A stretch of 64,000 bases of DNA, from positions 310,001 through 374,000 of the forward strand of contig JAANOX010000061.1 of assembly GCA_020184695.1 (NCBI GenBank), given 5' to 3'. Below, one piece after another: positions 1-11,824 of the stretch. Source of the stretch: Histomonas meleagridis 2922-C6/04-290x. Lineage: Eukaryota > Protista > Parabasalia. Each line of letters opens with the position of its first letter. The stretch's first letter is position 1. The notes beneath the pieces are model-generated. The model did no database searches. It was not told the origin of the DNA and saw only the letters and a program-made list of their open reading frames with translations. A program made the translations under genes and the position numbers.

Positions 1-868
1 AAAACTATTTGAACAGATTATATACTTAAAAGATAAATGTAGTAGTTATGAAACGAAAATGATCGAAAGCGAGTTCTATAAATCGAAATCGAAATCATTG
101 GAAAAACAAATCGAAGTTTTTGATAAGTTTACAAAATCTGAACTTGAAAAGTCGATTTTAGTAAAAGAAGGCGAAGAATCAAAGATTGTTAATGGAATTC
201 GAAATGATTTTAAGCAATTATATGAAGCTCATTCACAATTAATTCATGATCATAATGAATTACAAACGAATTTCTATGAGAATTCTGCAAAATTACAAAA
301 TTTAGAACAAAAATTAAAAAACGAAAAAAATTTAAACGAAGAAATTAATATAAAAATGAAAAAATTCGATGATTATCAATTTATGTATGATAAGATTATT
401 CAAATGTTATCTAATTTGTCACAAAATTTAATTGCTAATTTGTCTTATGATGATAATCAACATATGAAAATCGAAATCATCGACAATTTATTAATCGAAT
501 TAAAGAAAAAAAATTTGTCAAAAAGTGAAATGTCAGAAAAGTTCGATTTCTTTGAAAAAGTGGTTTTGAATGAGTTGTCAAATGACGGTTTTGACAGGCT
601 CGAAAGAAATGCAAATTCGATTATACAAAAGTTTAATAATAACTTTAAATTGATTTTAAAAAAAATAGAAAACGTAGAAAATAAAACAGATTTGATACAG
701 ACAAAATTAATGGGAAAGAGATCAATAACTCAAAATTTGACACCTACAAAAATGAAAGGAATTTCATATATGAAAAGAAGTCCAATGACACCAGCAACAA
801 CAAGAAGCAGAAAAGGTGGTGGGGTTAATTTAACACCAAGATTGAATCCACCAATGAGATATAAATAA
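1..868 (+). CDS. Coiled-coil-rich hypothetical protein, 5'-partial (frame open to the window edge)
   Basis: Frame of ORF 59-868 has no stop back to position 2; K/E/L/N-rich heptad-like composition with a basic S/T/P-rich tail. Confidence 0.6.
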   Translation, partial: KLFEQIIYLKDKCSSYETKMIESEFYKSKSKSLEKQIEVFDKFTKSELEKSILVKEGEESKIVNGIRNDFKQLYEAHSQLIHDHNELQTNFYENSAKLQNLEQKLKNEKNLNEEINIKMKKFDDYQFMYDKIIQMLSNLSQNLIANLSYDDNQHMKIEIIDNLLIELKKKNLSKSEMSEKFDFFEKVVLNELSNDGFDRLERNANSIIQKFNNNFKLILKKIENVENKTDLIQTKLMGKRSITQNLTPTKMKGISYMKRSPMTPATTRSRKGGGVNLTPRLNPPMRYK

Positions 869-1090
869 TATTGTTTAACTATAGTAATTGTATTAAAGCA
901 TTTGTTATGTTAATTTTTTTTTGTTTTATAATGTTAATTATAATGTTTTTGTATAAATTTTATTCTAAAATTGTTTAAATTTGTTTGATCGATTTTTAAG
1001 GTGCCCCAAATTAAATAAACGTGTTCTAATTGAAATCATTTTCTCCGATTTACATCTATCGTAATTATGAATTTGAGCGGTTAGATCACA

Positions 1091-4000
1091 ATGAGCAATA
1101 AAAAATGGTCACGTACTTTGGAATCACTTGAAAATATCATTTTTGACTTAAATGAAACTAATGTTGATGATAGCGTTGAGGCAACAATAAAACTATTAGG
1201 TGATAATTTTTCGAATTGTTTGAATATGACAATCGTTCGACTGATATATTCATCATTTCTTTCACAAATGAAAGATTTTGATATCTATTTTGATTTCATG
1301 AAGAAACTTGAAATAAAAAAGCGCAACAAAAATAATTCGGAAATAATCAATTCATTTTCAAATTTTCTTCTTGACTTAAAAACACAAGAATCTTATTATC
1401 TTTTAGAAAGATTGATTAATTTAAATGTAATCTCATCAAATTTAATTGATAACACGAAAAATTTGTATTTTGCACATGAAATTCCAAGTGAATCAATAAG
1501 TGCAGTAATGTTCAACAGAATTCGATTTTCTAAATATTTCTCTAAAAACTTTAATGAACTATCGAAGAATGATTGGGAACTTCATAAAAAATATGTTAAA
1601 GAAGGACATAATCCAAGTGAAATTGCGAAAATACTTCGAAATGATGAAATAGAAAAACTTCAAGAAATATCATCACAAAATGATTTTGGTTTTAATCAAA
1701 CAATCAAACCATCACTTTATGAAAGATGTTCATTTGTTAATGATTATCTTTCATTAATTGATTATGCAGCATTTTTTGGATCCATTAAATGTTTTAAATA
1801 TTTACTTATGAACGGCGCAAACATTGAAGATACAGGTAAGTATGCAATTGCAGGAGGAAATCTTGAAATTGTTCATTTATGTGAACAGAATCATTGTTCA
1901 TTTTATTTGGGATATGAAGCTGCTATTAAATATCATCGAAATGATATTTTTTATTATCTTTATGAAAATGAAATTATTGATCATTCCAACAAACAACTTT
2001 TTGAAATTATTTTATCTTCATCAAATGATTTTATAAATATTAAAATACTTAACTTTTTACTTGAAAAAGAAGAACTGAATATTGGATATGTTTAATTATT
2101 TTATTTTATATATATTTTTACGATTTGAAGTTTTAAAATAATATTCGGAATTTATTTAAGTTATTTTTACCATTACTAATATTTGTATACAATAAATGTT
2201 CGACAGAAATAATCCAAATACTGCTTGAACAAGAAGGAATAGATTTTAATGCTACAAATATACATTTTTTTTATATGATATTAATTTCAACTCTTTAAAA
2301 TTTTAAAATAATATTTGGAATTTATATAAAATATTTTATACACCACTTTTATTTGCATCTAAATATGGCCATACTGAAGTTGCTGAATCTCTTCTTGAAA
2401 AAGATGGAATCATTTTCAATAATAAAGATATTGGTTTGAATTATTTTTGTATTTTTGTAATAATGTTTTGATGTTTCAAAGTTAATTTTAGAAATTCTTC
2501 ATAAAATTTCAAACACCACTTATTTTGGCATCTAAAAATGGATATATTGATATAGTTAAGTTACTTCTTGCAAAGGAAGGAATTGATATCAATGCAAAAG
2601 ATATTAATTTGTTTTATTAAGAATTTGTTATATGAATTATTAATTTCAAAATGATATTTGGAATTTATTTAAATTATTTTGTAATGCATTTATGTGGGCA
2701 GCAAAGAATGGTCATATTGACATAGTTAAGATATTTCTTGATCAAGGAATAAATGTTAATATGAAAGATATTTCTTTGCTTTATTATTTGTATATTTTAA
2801 TAATTCTATATTTCAAAATAATTGTTGGAATTTAATCAAAATATTTGAAACAGCTCTAATGAAAACAATTGCAAATGGTTATATAGAAATTGTCAAATTA
2901 TTTTTGAGTCAAAAAGGAACTGATGTTAATGACAGCGATGAAGTTAATATTTAATAATAATGATTGGAAATCCAAAATTTTATTTTATACTTCAATTATT
3001 TGGGCAGTAAACTATAATCACATCGAAATAGTTAAATTACTTCTTGAACAAGAAGAAATTGATATTAATGCTAAAGATATTTATTTGTTTTATTTAATGT
3101 ATATTTTAACAATTTACAATTTAAAAACAATATTTGGAAATTATATAAATTATTTAACACAGCACTTATAATTGCAAGTAAAAAAGGTTATATTGAAATA
3201 GTTAAATTACTTCTTCAACAAGAAGAAATTGATATTAATGCTAAAGATATTTGTTTGTTTTATTTAATGTATATTTTAACAATTTACAATTTAAAAGCAA
3301 TATTTGGAAATTATTTAAATTATATAAAACAGCACTTATGAATTCAATTTATTGTGAACATTTAGAAATAACTAAGTTACTTCTTGAACAAAAAGGATTT
3401 GATATTAATACTAAAGATATTTATTTACTTTATTTATATTTTATATTTATAACTTTCCATTCTAAAATAATATTTGGAAATTGTTCAAATAATTTGAAAC
3501 ATTGCTTACATATGCATCTGTTAAAGGATATACAGAGATAGTTAAACTACTTCTTGAAAAAGATTTAATTGATATCAATGCAAAAAATATTAATTAGTTT
3601 AATTTGAAATTTATTCCAATCTTAGTTTAATGTTTAAAAATAATATTTTCAAATTATTATATTTGTTTAAAACTGCACTTATTTATGCATCTGAAAAAGG
3701 TTATACAGAAATAGTACAATTGCTTCTTTCAAAAGAAAGAGTTGATATTAATGCGAAGGATATTTAATTATTATATTTGAAAATTGTTTCTATAAGTTGA
3801 TGATTCAAAGTCTTATTGAGAAATATTACAAATTATTTAATACAGCACTTATTTGTGCATCTTCAAATGGTCATACAGAAATAGTTAAATTACTTCTTGA
3901 ACAAGAAGGAATTGATATTAATGCTAAAGATATTTATTTGTTATTTTCAATATTTATTTTAATAATTTTATATTTCAAAATAATATTTGGAAATTATTTA

Positions 4001-5080
4001 AATTATTTGAAACATCACTTATTAGAGCATCTCAAAATGGTCATACAGAAATATTTAAATTACTTCTTGAACAAGAAGGTATTGATGTTATTACTAAAGA
4101 TAAAATTTATTTGTTTTATTTAATATTTATTTTTATAATTTGATATTACAAAATAATATTTGGAAATTATTTAAATTATTTTGGACAGTACTTATGAATG
4201 CATCTGATGAAGGTTATACAGAAATGGTTAAATTACTTCTTGAACAAGAAGGAATTGATATTAATGCCAAAAATATTTATTTGTTTTGTTTAAAAATTAT
4301 TTTAATAATTTGATATTTAGAAATAATATTTGGAAATTATTTAAATTATTTGAAACAGCACTTATTTTGGCATCTTATCGTGGTCATACAGAAATAGTTA
4401 AATTACTTCTTGAACAAGAAGGAATTGATATTAATGCTAAAAATATTTATTTGTTTTATTTGATATTTATTTTAATAATTTGGAAATTATTCAAAATATT
4501 TGGAACAGCACTAATGCTGGCATCTAAAATTGGTAATGTAGAAATTACTAAATTACTTCTTAAACATGAAGGGATTAACATTAATGATAAAAATATTTAT
4601 TCGTTTTATTTAAAATTTATTTTGAAAATATAATAATTAATAATTATTTTTGGGAATCATTCAAATTATTTTCTACAGCACTTATGTGCGCAATTCAAAA
4701 TTTCAACACAGAAATTGCCAAATTACTTATTGAACAAAAAGGAATTGATATTAATGCCAAAGATATTAATATATTTTATTTAATATTTGTATACATGTTT
4801 TAAAATTCTTTGATTATATTTGGTATTTCTGTAAAACATACAATACTGCACTTATGGTGGCAGCTAAAAGATGTAATAAAGAAATTATTAAATTGCTTCT
4901 TGAGCAAAAAGGAATTGATACTAATGCTAAAGATATTAATATGTTTTATATAATATTTATTTAAATATTATAAAATTCCTAAAAAATATTTGGTCATTGT
5001 TCAATATATTTAGAACTGCATCTGTGATGCTTTATAGTCGAAATCATGTATTATTTAAACAGGTTTTTGGACGTTTTTAA
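1091..5080 (+). CDS. DUF3447-type ankyrin gene 1: head ORF 1091-2095, then 17 full ankyrin modules and a terminal capping repeat, separated by 18 non-coding spacers
   Basis: Head has the Trichomonas DUF3447-family motif (SLIDYAAFFGSIKCFKYLL..YAIAGGNLEIVHLCEQ..EAAIKYHRNDIF). Modules such as TALICASSNGHTEIVKLLLEQEGIDINAKD start at 2170, 2340, 2513, 2683, 2850, 2989, 3159, 3329, 3499, 3672, 3842, 4012, 4185, 4355, 4505, 4675 and 4845, all stop-free. The terminal repeat at 5015 ends at TAA 5078-5080. A single gene model assumes the spacers are removed. Confidence 0.75.
2090..5014 (+). repeat. ~170-bp periodic array: 90-nt ankyrin module + ~80-nt AT-rich spacer (18 spacers)
   Basis: Counted spacer lengths: 80,80,83,80,80,49,80,80,80,83,80,80,83,80,60,80,80,80. 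Confidence 0.93.
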
Positions 5081-5240
5081 AAGCATCTAATTTTTTATGC
5101 GATATTGTTTATTATACTGTTATTTATTTATAAATAAACTAATGAAAATTTGTATATAAAATTGATTCTATACATTATATTATTATAATATTTTTCACAT
5201 TTCTTGAATAAATATTACCAAAAATTTCTTTTAAATTAAA

Positions 5241-6497
5241 TTAATTTTTATTATTCTTTTTTTCTTTTAATATTTCCACGAATTCTTCGATTGTCTTCTT
5301 TCTATCCATATTAACCAAAGCGTAATCCATTAACGAGAGCAAATTCCTCATTACATCGGAAGATATTCCTGTTAACCTATGAATCAAATGGTTATGCAGC
5401 ACATTCTCATTACCATTATCCACACTATAACTCATTAAAACAATACTCGGCTGTGGCCCGACTGCCTGATGCACATTCAGCATTACATCTTTTATCATTT
5501 CGTTATGGACTTTAAATCTTCCAATGTTCGTTAGATACAATCCAAGTCCGCGCGGCGCTATATTAACAAATCGTTTATCATCAGGATGCAAAAGAGGCAA
5601 CAAAAGATAACGCGTGTGCCCAATAAAAGCTTTAGTTTGAAGTTCATCTTTAAGACATTTATCAAGTGAGTCAATTAACTCACCAATCGTTCGAGGTTTA
5701 GTATCACCACAGTTTATTAATATGTTTCCAGATTGGTACCCGAAGCTAATCGAAGAGCAAAGAGGCTCAGAGAGATATGGACGAGCGTTAATCGCCGCTT
5801 GTAAGCCATAGCCATCATCAGAAAAGCCACTAAACGCTTTCACGGAAAGAACAAAGGACGAAACAAGCATGGCCGTGAGTTGATGGATATGTGAATTGGA
5901 ACGATCATAACCTGGAAGTGTGGAAATGGGTATTGTTGAATAGACATAAGACGTGTCATCACCGTTGTACGATGAATCAGTTCGGAATTGTGTCATCGTG
6001 GAGTGAAAAGGTGATATGAATAAAGGTTCAGAGGATTCGATTTGGCGTTTGAAGGTGGTCTCACCAAAGAGTGAGGGAGGCATTGTAAGGGTTGGGATTG
6101 TAAAGTCGGGCTTTTGGATTTCTTCAACTATTCGTTGCCATTGACCACCATCAGACCAGGCATGATTGGAATTGTAGACAATAAAACGATCATTAGCAGA
6201 AAGGGTGGCAACTTGAGTAGTTTCATTAGGTTTGGCGTTTTCTATTGACCATTGAATTGCTTCTTCGAGTTTTGTAATAGTATTTGGCATAGAGAAAACA
6301 GTGTTATGATGGTGATCTAAATGAACAATTTTATTTTCTACATCAACAGTAATATGAAAAGAAACAGTGATTGCAAAAATACGATTACATATTTCTTCGA
6401 TCTTTGAAGGATCAGAGATTTCAAGCGCAAGTTGAATATAACATGGTGCAACTGTTGAATATGGTGTCTCCATAATACACAGAGGACGTTCTGTCAT
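5241..6497 (-). CDS. Condensation-domain / CoA-dependent acyltransferase-like protein
   Basis: 418-aa ORF with an HxxxDG motif (NHAWSDGG) at the position expected for the CAT-like/condensation fold; less AT-rich than its flanks. Confidence 0.62.
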   Translation of the reverse strand: MTERPLCIMETPYSTVAPCYIQLALEISDPSKIEEICNRIFAITVSFHITVDVENKIVHLDHHHNTVFSMPNTITKLEEAIQWSIENAKPNETTQVATLSANDRFIVYNSNHAWSDGGQWQRIVEEIQKPDFTIPTLTMPPSLFGETTFKRQIESSEPLFISPFHSTMTQFRTDSSYNGDDTSYVYSTIPISTLPGYDRSNSHIHQLTAMLVSSFVLSVKAFSGFSDDGYGLQAAINARPYLSEPLCSSISFGYQSGNILINCGDTKPRTIGELIDSLDKCLKDELQTKAFIGHTRYLLLPLLHPDDKRFVNIAPRGLGLYLTNIGRFKVHNEMIKDVMLNVHQAVGPQPSIVLMSYSVDNGNENVLHNHLIHRLTGISSDVMRNLLSLMDYALVNMDRKKTIEEFVEILKEKKNNKN

Positions 6498-6927
6498 GGT
6501 GGAAAAAGAACGAATTCGACCAGATTTAAATTGAAAAAAATTTGTATAAACAATAAACCTTTCAATAAATAAATACTTTACAGTTAAACAAAAGTGCTTT
6601 TATGCCAGTTTTTTTAGTCAGAAAAAAAAAATAAGCATATAATTTCCCAAAACCTGCTTCATTTATGCAAACATTGAATCTCGTCCATCACTTAAGGATG
6701 GAATTGATATTTTGTGGCATTAAAAGAAGCAAAAAATAAAATTGGAAACGATAGACAAATGATTAAGTACTGAATTAAAATTTGAGAAATAACATTAAAT
6801 AAACAAAATATTACTGAAAAGCATTCATAAAAATCATTGTAATGTTTAAATGAATTTGTTCTAATGATAAAGTGAACAAGTAACGGTCGCCAACAATTGT
6901 CAATGTCTGTTCGTTTAAATCTTCTAA

Positions 6928-8049
6928 ATGTCTAAATCTAAAGCAAAATCAAAGCCAAGCACAGCCGATGATAATGAGCCATATTACCATCCAGTTCTTG
7001 AAGAACAAATGATTATACGTTTTCCAAAGGATATTGCAGCAAGTCTTACTGCACTTATGGAAGATGATGAACCATTTAAAGATTTCACAATAAAATTCGT
7101 AGACGAACACCACGCAGTTGTTAAAATTTTTGACCAAACATTAAAAGCTGTTTTAGTATCACTTCCAACTATTGTTGAAACACACCGAACAGTTGATGGT
7201 TCACATTTATTTAAATCAGCCGACATTGGAGAAATGCTTATAGTTTATCACCCAAATTCAGAACCTGAAGATATTAATGAGGGTTATCTTTACGAACATG
7301 GACTAACACCTCCAACAAAGGACATTGTTTCCAAACGTAAAGCCAAACAAGAGACAGCTCGTGCTAACCAACCCGACAGCAGTTCTCTTGAAGGAATTGA
7401 TTATTGGGAGATGGTTGAAATACAACTTTCTGCCTTATTATCCAAAGACAAAAGCACCAAGCCATATTGCCGACATGAATTTCTTGAAGAACCCGATATA
7501 GATGCCGTTGAACTTGAGAAAATATTACGTCGAGATGGGCATGAAGAATTCAAAGGATATTCAGGCATTGATATTCCTGAAGAAGAAATCCAATCAATAT
7601 CACCCGAGAACGAACCTATAGTCCACATCCCGCAAGAAATCATCGACGAGATTGCGCCGAAAGAAGAAACAGAAGAAGAAACCGAAGCCGAAATAACGAA
7701 AAGTGACGAAGATGAAGTGATCCAAGATCAGCCTAAAACAGAAGCTACATCATCAACAGAGCTTGAGCCACAATCGGAAGTCTCTGAATCTTCATCGTAT
7801 TATGAAGAAGAAGAGGAGGAAGAAGATATTCCCGAAATGAAAACTTATAAAGACCTTTTAAGACAATACGAAGTGATACAAAATGATATAAAGACAATGG
7901 AAAATAACTTGTTTAAGAATAAAGATAACGAGAGAGTGAAAAATATTATCGAAAATTCTCTGGAAGATAAGAAAAGGAAAATGGCTGACATAGAGGCACA
8001 GCTTCATGAAGCGGAAAGAGCTTTAAATGAGAGGAAGAACAAAAATTAG
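6928..8049 (+). CDS. TAF7: TFIID subunit 7 (TAFII55 N-terminal domain, acidic middle, C-terminal coiled coil)
   Basis: LEEQMIIRFP, LVSLPTIVETHRTVDGSHLFKSADIGEMLIV and HGLTPPT match TAF7 conserved blocks. Confidence 0.85.
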   Translation: MSKSKAKSKPSTADDNEPYYHPVLEEQMIIRFPKDIAASLTALMEDDEPFKDFTIKFVDEHHAVVKIFDQTLKAVLVSLPTIVETHRTVDGSHLFKSADIGEMLIVYHPNSEPEDINEGYLYEHGLTPPTKDIVSKRKAKQETARANQPDSSSLEGIDYWEMVEIQLSALLSKDKSTKPYCRHEFLEEPDIDAVELEKILRRDGHEEFKGYSGIDIPEEEIQSISPENEPIVHIPQEIIDEIAPKEETEEETEAEITKSDEDEVIQDQPKTEATSSTELEPQSEVSESSSYYEEEEEEEDIPEMKTYKDLLRQYEVIQNDIKTMENNLFKNKDNERVKNIIENSLEDKKRKMADIEAQLHEAERALNERKNKN

Positions 8050-8266
8050 ATGATAATAAAATATTTTTATATTTATAAAATCCAAAACTTAACAAAAAGA
8101 AACGATCAAAATAATTGAATGATTTACATATAGTTAATAGAAATTTGAAAGAGAATTGTTCGTTTTTTGTTGTTGGTTCAGATCCTCCTAATGAGTTATT
8201 GGAATAAGTTTCTTTTAATAACATGTTTACTATAATTAAAAGAGGGGGAATTTATTCAATCATAAT

Positions 8267-9676
8267 ATGAATAAAATTGAAAAAACTCAAAGCCTTTTTG
8301 TTACATTTTTATTTATTCTCTTTTTTTCGTATTCATTTGAAGCTTATGATCCATCAACTTTTACACTTACTATTTCAAATTATAGTGACTATATTAATAG
8401 AAGTGAGTATAAAACCAATACACAACATCTTATTTTTGATGTTGTTGCATTCAAGGGACTTGATTTCTATGGATGGCCTTCGCTAGTATCTGTTGCAATT
8501 GGTAATTCAGTCACTTCAATTGGGGATTTTATTTATACTCAAATCTTAAAACAGTAACAATTGGAGACAATGTGAAAACACTTGAAAATCTAGTATTTAG
8601 AGGATGTTTTAATTTAACAACATTTAATATTGGTAAAAATCTGGAAGTGATTGGAGATATGGTATTCAGTCAATGTAATTCACTAAAAGAAATTATTATA
8701 CCTAACAAAGTCACTTCATTTGGGGATAGTACATTTTTACAATGTACAAGTTTGAAAACATTAGTCATTGGTAAAAATGTTACAACAATCGGAAATTACG
8801 TATTTCAATTTTGTACGTCATTAACAGAAATTACAATACCAGACTCAGTTACAACAATTGTATCAAACGTTTTCATGGATTTGTACAAATCTTCAATTTA
8901 TTGAAGTATCTGATGGAAACAAATATTTTTCAGGAAGAAACGGAATTTTATCTAGTAAAAATGATACAGAGATTATATGTTATCCAGCTGGAATCTTTAA
9001 TGAAACATTTGCAATACCAAATTCAACTTTAACAATTGGAAATTATTCATTTTATCAGTGCGTTTCATTAATAAGTATTACAATTCCGTATTCGGTCAAT
9101 ACAATCGGAAATAGTGCATTTCAAAACTGTGTCAATCTCAATTGCATTTATTTTACAGGTTATGAATCACCAACTATCGGCAATAATGCATTCGATGGTA
9201 AAATAAAATTCATTATGACATCGGATTTATATAAAAATGAAACATTTGGTACAATTGATGTATCTAAAGAATCTTCAATTGATGAATGCGGTCAATATCC
9301 TTGGGCAACACACACGTTCACAAATAGTTATTCTTTCTTAAATACATTTACTAAATCAAATACATATTCACAAAGTAATTTATTTACTAAATCAAATACA
9401 TTTTCTAATTCGAATACATTTACTGTTTCACTTTTAACTAATTTAACATATGTTAGTACAGTTATTGGATGTTCATTATATATTTCATACCATTTCGGAT
9501 TTTATACAATTTTTTATCAAAACGTTAACGAACAAAATGATAAATTTAATGAAATTATAATTATTGTTATTTGTGTTTGTATTGTAATAATTATTGGTAT
9601 TTTAATTATTGTTACATTAATTCCTTATAAACGTAAGAAAAAGCAAAATAAAATATTTAAATTTCAATTATACTAA
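8267..9676 (+). pseudogene. BspA-like (TpLRR) surface protein split by two frameshifts (~8530, ~8870); pseudogene or assembly error
   Basis: Signal-peptide-like N-terminus; LRR units (LKEIIIPNKVTSFGDSTFLQCTSL); ELICYPAG-like block; SNTFT repeats; C-terminal TM helix followed by KRKKK. Confidence 0.75.
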
Positions 9677-9799
9677 TAATCATTAAAACGAATTTAGTTA
9701 GTGATATTTTTGCAGAACATAAAACGCGATATGTTTATTATTCTTAGTTTGATTTGATATTAAATTAACTTATTTTAATTATCAAGTTTGATTTCGAAT

Positions 9800-9871
9800 T
9801 CCGATATCGTTCATCGGTTAGGATATGTGGTTTTCATCCACGGGAGCGGGGTTCGACTCCCCGTATCGGAA
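9800..9871 (+). tRNA. tRNA-Glu(TTC): tRNA-Glu (anticodon TTC)
   Basis: Acceptor stem TCCGATA/TATCGGA, anticodon arm TGTGG-TT-TTC-AT-CCACG, T-arm GGTTCGACTCC, downstream T-runs. Confidence 0.95.
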
Positions 9872-9989
9872 TAAATTTTTGTTTTTTTTCTTTTTTTCCA
9901 AACATCAGCAAACAAATCACAACTTAAATCTTTGTGTGAGAACAAATACAAATAAATCTGTTAGAATTTACTTATGGAGTGGAACTAAA

Positions 9990-11432
9990 TTAGAAAAGGA
10001 ATGGGAGCGCTCCTCCTGTCTTAACGAATTCTTTGCTGACCTCTTCAGCGAACTGATAAAGGATTGATACGGCCAAAATGATACCCGTTCCAGAGCCGAA
10101 TGCGCCAAGGAAGTCGGCGACGAATGAGAGAAGTCCAGTGAGGATACCGCCGAGTGCTGCCGCTGTTGGGATGTAATAGTTAAGTTTCTTAGCAATGGCA
10201 TTCTTATCTTCACGATGTCCTTGGATTGTAAGGTGTTGTGCCTTAAGACTATTAGCGACATCTTTAGCAGATTGGCCACTAACGTTAATGTAATAATAAG
10301 CAATGATACCAGCAGAGCTCAAAATGATGATCAAATAAATGAGTGTATGTAATGGATCATTAAGTGTATGTTTGATTGATGTTGGCGCTTGAAGATAATA
10401 TGCTAAGCCACTGATTGGTACTGCATATTCATCACCTAAACCTTGTTCTGGTGATCTCCAGACACCAAGAATACGTGTAACAATTGATTCGGGCCAACGT
10501 GAACAAATGATTCTTGAGAATGAGCAGATTTGTGAAATAACTGTGGATTGAACAATGATTGGTGTAGTGGATGCATAGAAAAGCTTAATCTCGAACGGTT
10601 TTGGATCGGCACGGTTAACGGTCGTCATTAAACGGACGTCAATTTTGATGTGCTCAAAGAAAATGACTGCGATGAAGACGAGAAGCGTCGAGAAGACATT
10701 GGAAAGGTTGGGAAGGTGTGAGCGGAACATAGCTTCGCGAATGGCTCTGAGCTTATCTTTACGTGTGATGATAAGATGGAAGAATGCAACAATTGCACCT
10801 TCATATTCTTTGCCACGGCCATAAGTGAAGGATTGGAATGAGAAAAGACGCCAAATGATTTGTTCACAGATATTTGTAGCAATGAATAATGAAATACCGG
10901 AGCCAATACCATAGCCATTTTGAAGCATTTCATCAAGAAGAATAACAACGATGGCTGCAACAAACAATTGAGCGATGATTGCAATTGATCCGAAAACACC
11001 AATATCTTTAAGAACGCCATACTGACCTGTGAAAAGAGCTGTGCATGCTTGGAATAATGTCATTACTAAACCAGCAAGTTTTTGAGCTGCATCGAAAAGT
11101 GCTGTTGATTCTTGATTTGTTTGATCGCGGTTGATAAGTCCGAAACCAGAAAGAAGTTGAAGAATCATGCCTGAGCTGACGATTGGGGAAATACCAAGTT
11201 CCATAAGTGTGTACTTGGATGAAGCAGTAAGAAGACGAAGGTGATACATTGGGTCTTGGTGAGCAACCTTACGAACGCCATAAAGTGGAGTTAATGTACA
11301 AACAAGATATAAAGCAAGTGCTGCAAATGTGTACATTAATCTCCTCTTAATGTCAATTTCGTTCTTTGGCTTGGGGACCGTAGGAACAAAGTTAAGAACT
11401 GGCTGAAGGAAGTGAAGGAGATCAAATCCCAT
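9990..11432 (-). CDS. SEC61A: Protein translocon Sec61 alpha subunit
   Basis: TLMELGISPIVSSGMILQLL, GYGIGSGISLFIATNICE, IKLFYASTTPII, YIPTAAALGG and GSGTGIILAVSILYQ motifs; ~10 TM segments. Confidence 0.97.
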   Translation of the reverse strand: MGFDLLHFLQPVLNFVPTVPKPKNEIDIKRRLMYTFAALALYLVCTLTPLYGVRKVAHQDPMYHLRLLTASSKYTLMELGISPIVSSGMILQLLSGFGLINRDQTNQESTALFDAAQKLAGLVMTLFQACTALFTGQYGVLKDIGVFGSIAIIAQLFVAAIVVILLDEMLQNGYGIGSGISLFIATNICEQIIWRLFSFQSFTYGRGKEYEGAIVAFFHLIITRKDKLRAIREAMFRSHLPNLSNVFSTLLVFIAVIFFEHIKIDVRLMTTVNRADPKPFEIKLFYASTTPIIVQSTVISQICSFSRIICSRWPESIVTRILGVWRSPEQGLGDEYAVPISGLAYYLQAPTSIKHTLNDPLHTLIYLIIILSSAGIIAYYYINVSGQSAKDVANSLKAQHLTIQGHREDKNAIAKKLNYYIPTAAALGGILTGLLSFVADFLGAFGSGTGIILAVSILYQFAEEVSKEFVKTGGALPFLF

Positions 11433-11824
11433 TTCTTAAATGGCTCGTATTGGCGGTTATTTATTTTTAGTTTATTTCAAAATGGTAGTCAATTTTGTGT
11501 AATAACCGCCACATCAGCATGTTGTACTGTAAGAAAAATTATCAGCATGAGCTACGAATGTGAAATATTTGATTTTAGAATTCATTTGTATTAAAACTTA
11601 TGTTCTATTTGAATCTTTTTAATAATGCATTCAACAAATTTTGTTGTTTTCTGATTTTGGAAATATTTTGGAGTTATGAAAGTGAAATAATTTTTGAAGT
11701 TTTAATGTAATTTCATTATTAATTTTTGTATAAAAAGAAATTTTATATATTATAAGCAATGATGAATTCACAGTAGGAAAATTTATATAAATTGCTTAAG
11801 TAAAACAAAAAGATTAAAATTTTA

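Noticed and set aside
2923-4633. Short ORF-track entries such as 3251-3541 and 3797-4123 (and 25504-27707 -) as independent small membrane proteins
   Set aside because: Each is one module plus out-of-frame read-in or read-out of AT-rich spacers; the hydrophobic I/L/F/Y tails reflect base composition.
2090-5014. Spacers as canonical GT-AG spliceosomal introns
   Set aside because: There is no consistent GT at the 5' end. The only nearby AG is inside ACA-GCA (T-A codons), is absent in many modules and gives an out-of-frame join. There is no ACTAAC branch motif.
2090-5014. Spacers as U12-type AT-AC introns (ATATTT... / ...AC)
   Set aside because: Joining at either AT and the AC of the Thr codon is out of frame and deletes the conserved Thr. 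There is no TCCTTAAC branch site, and trichomonads are not known to have the minor spliceosome.
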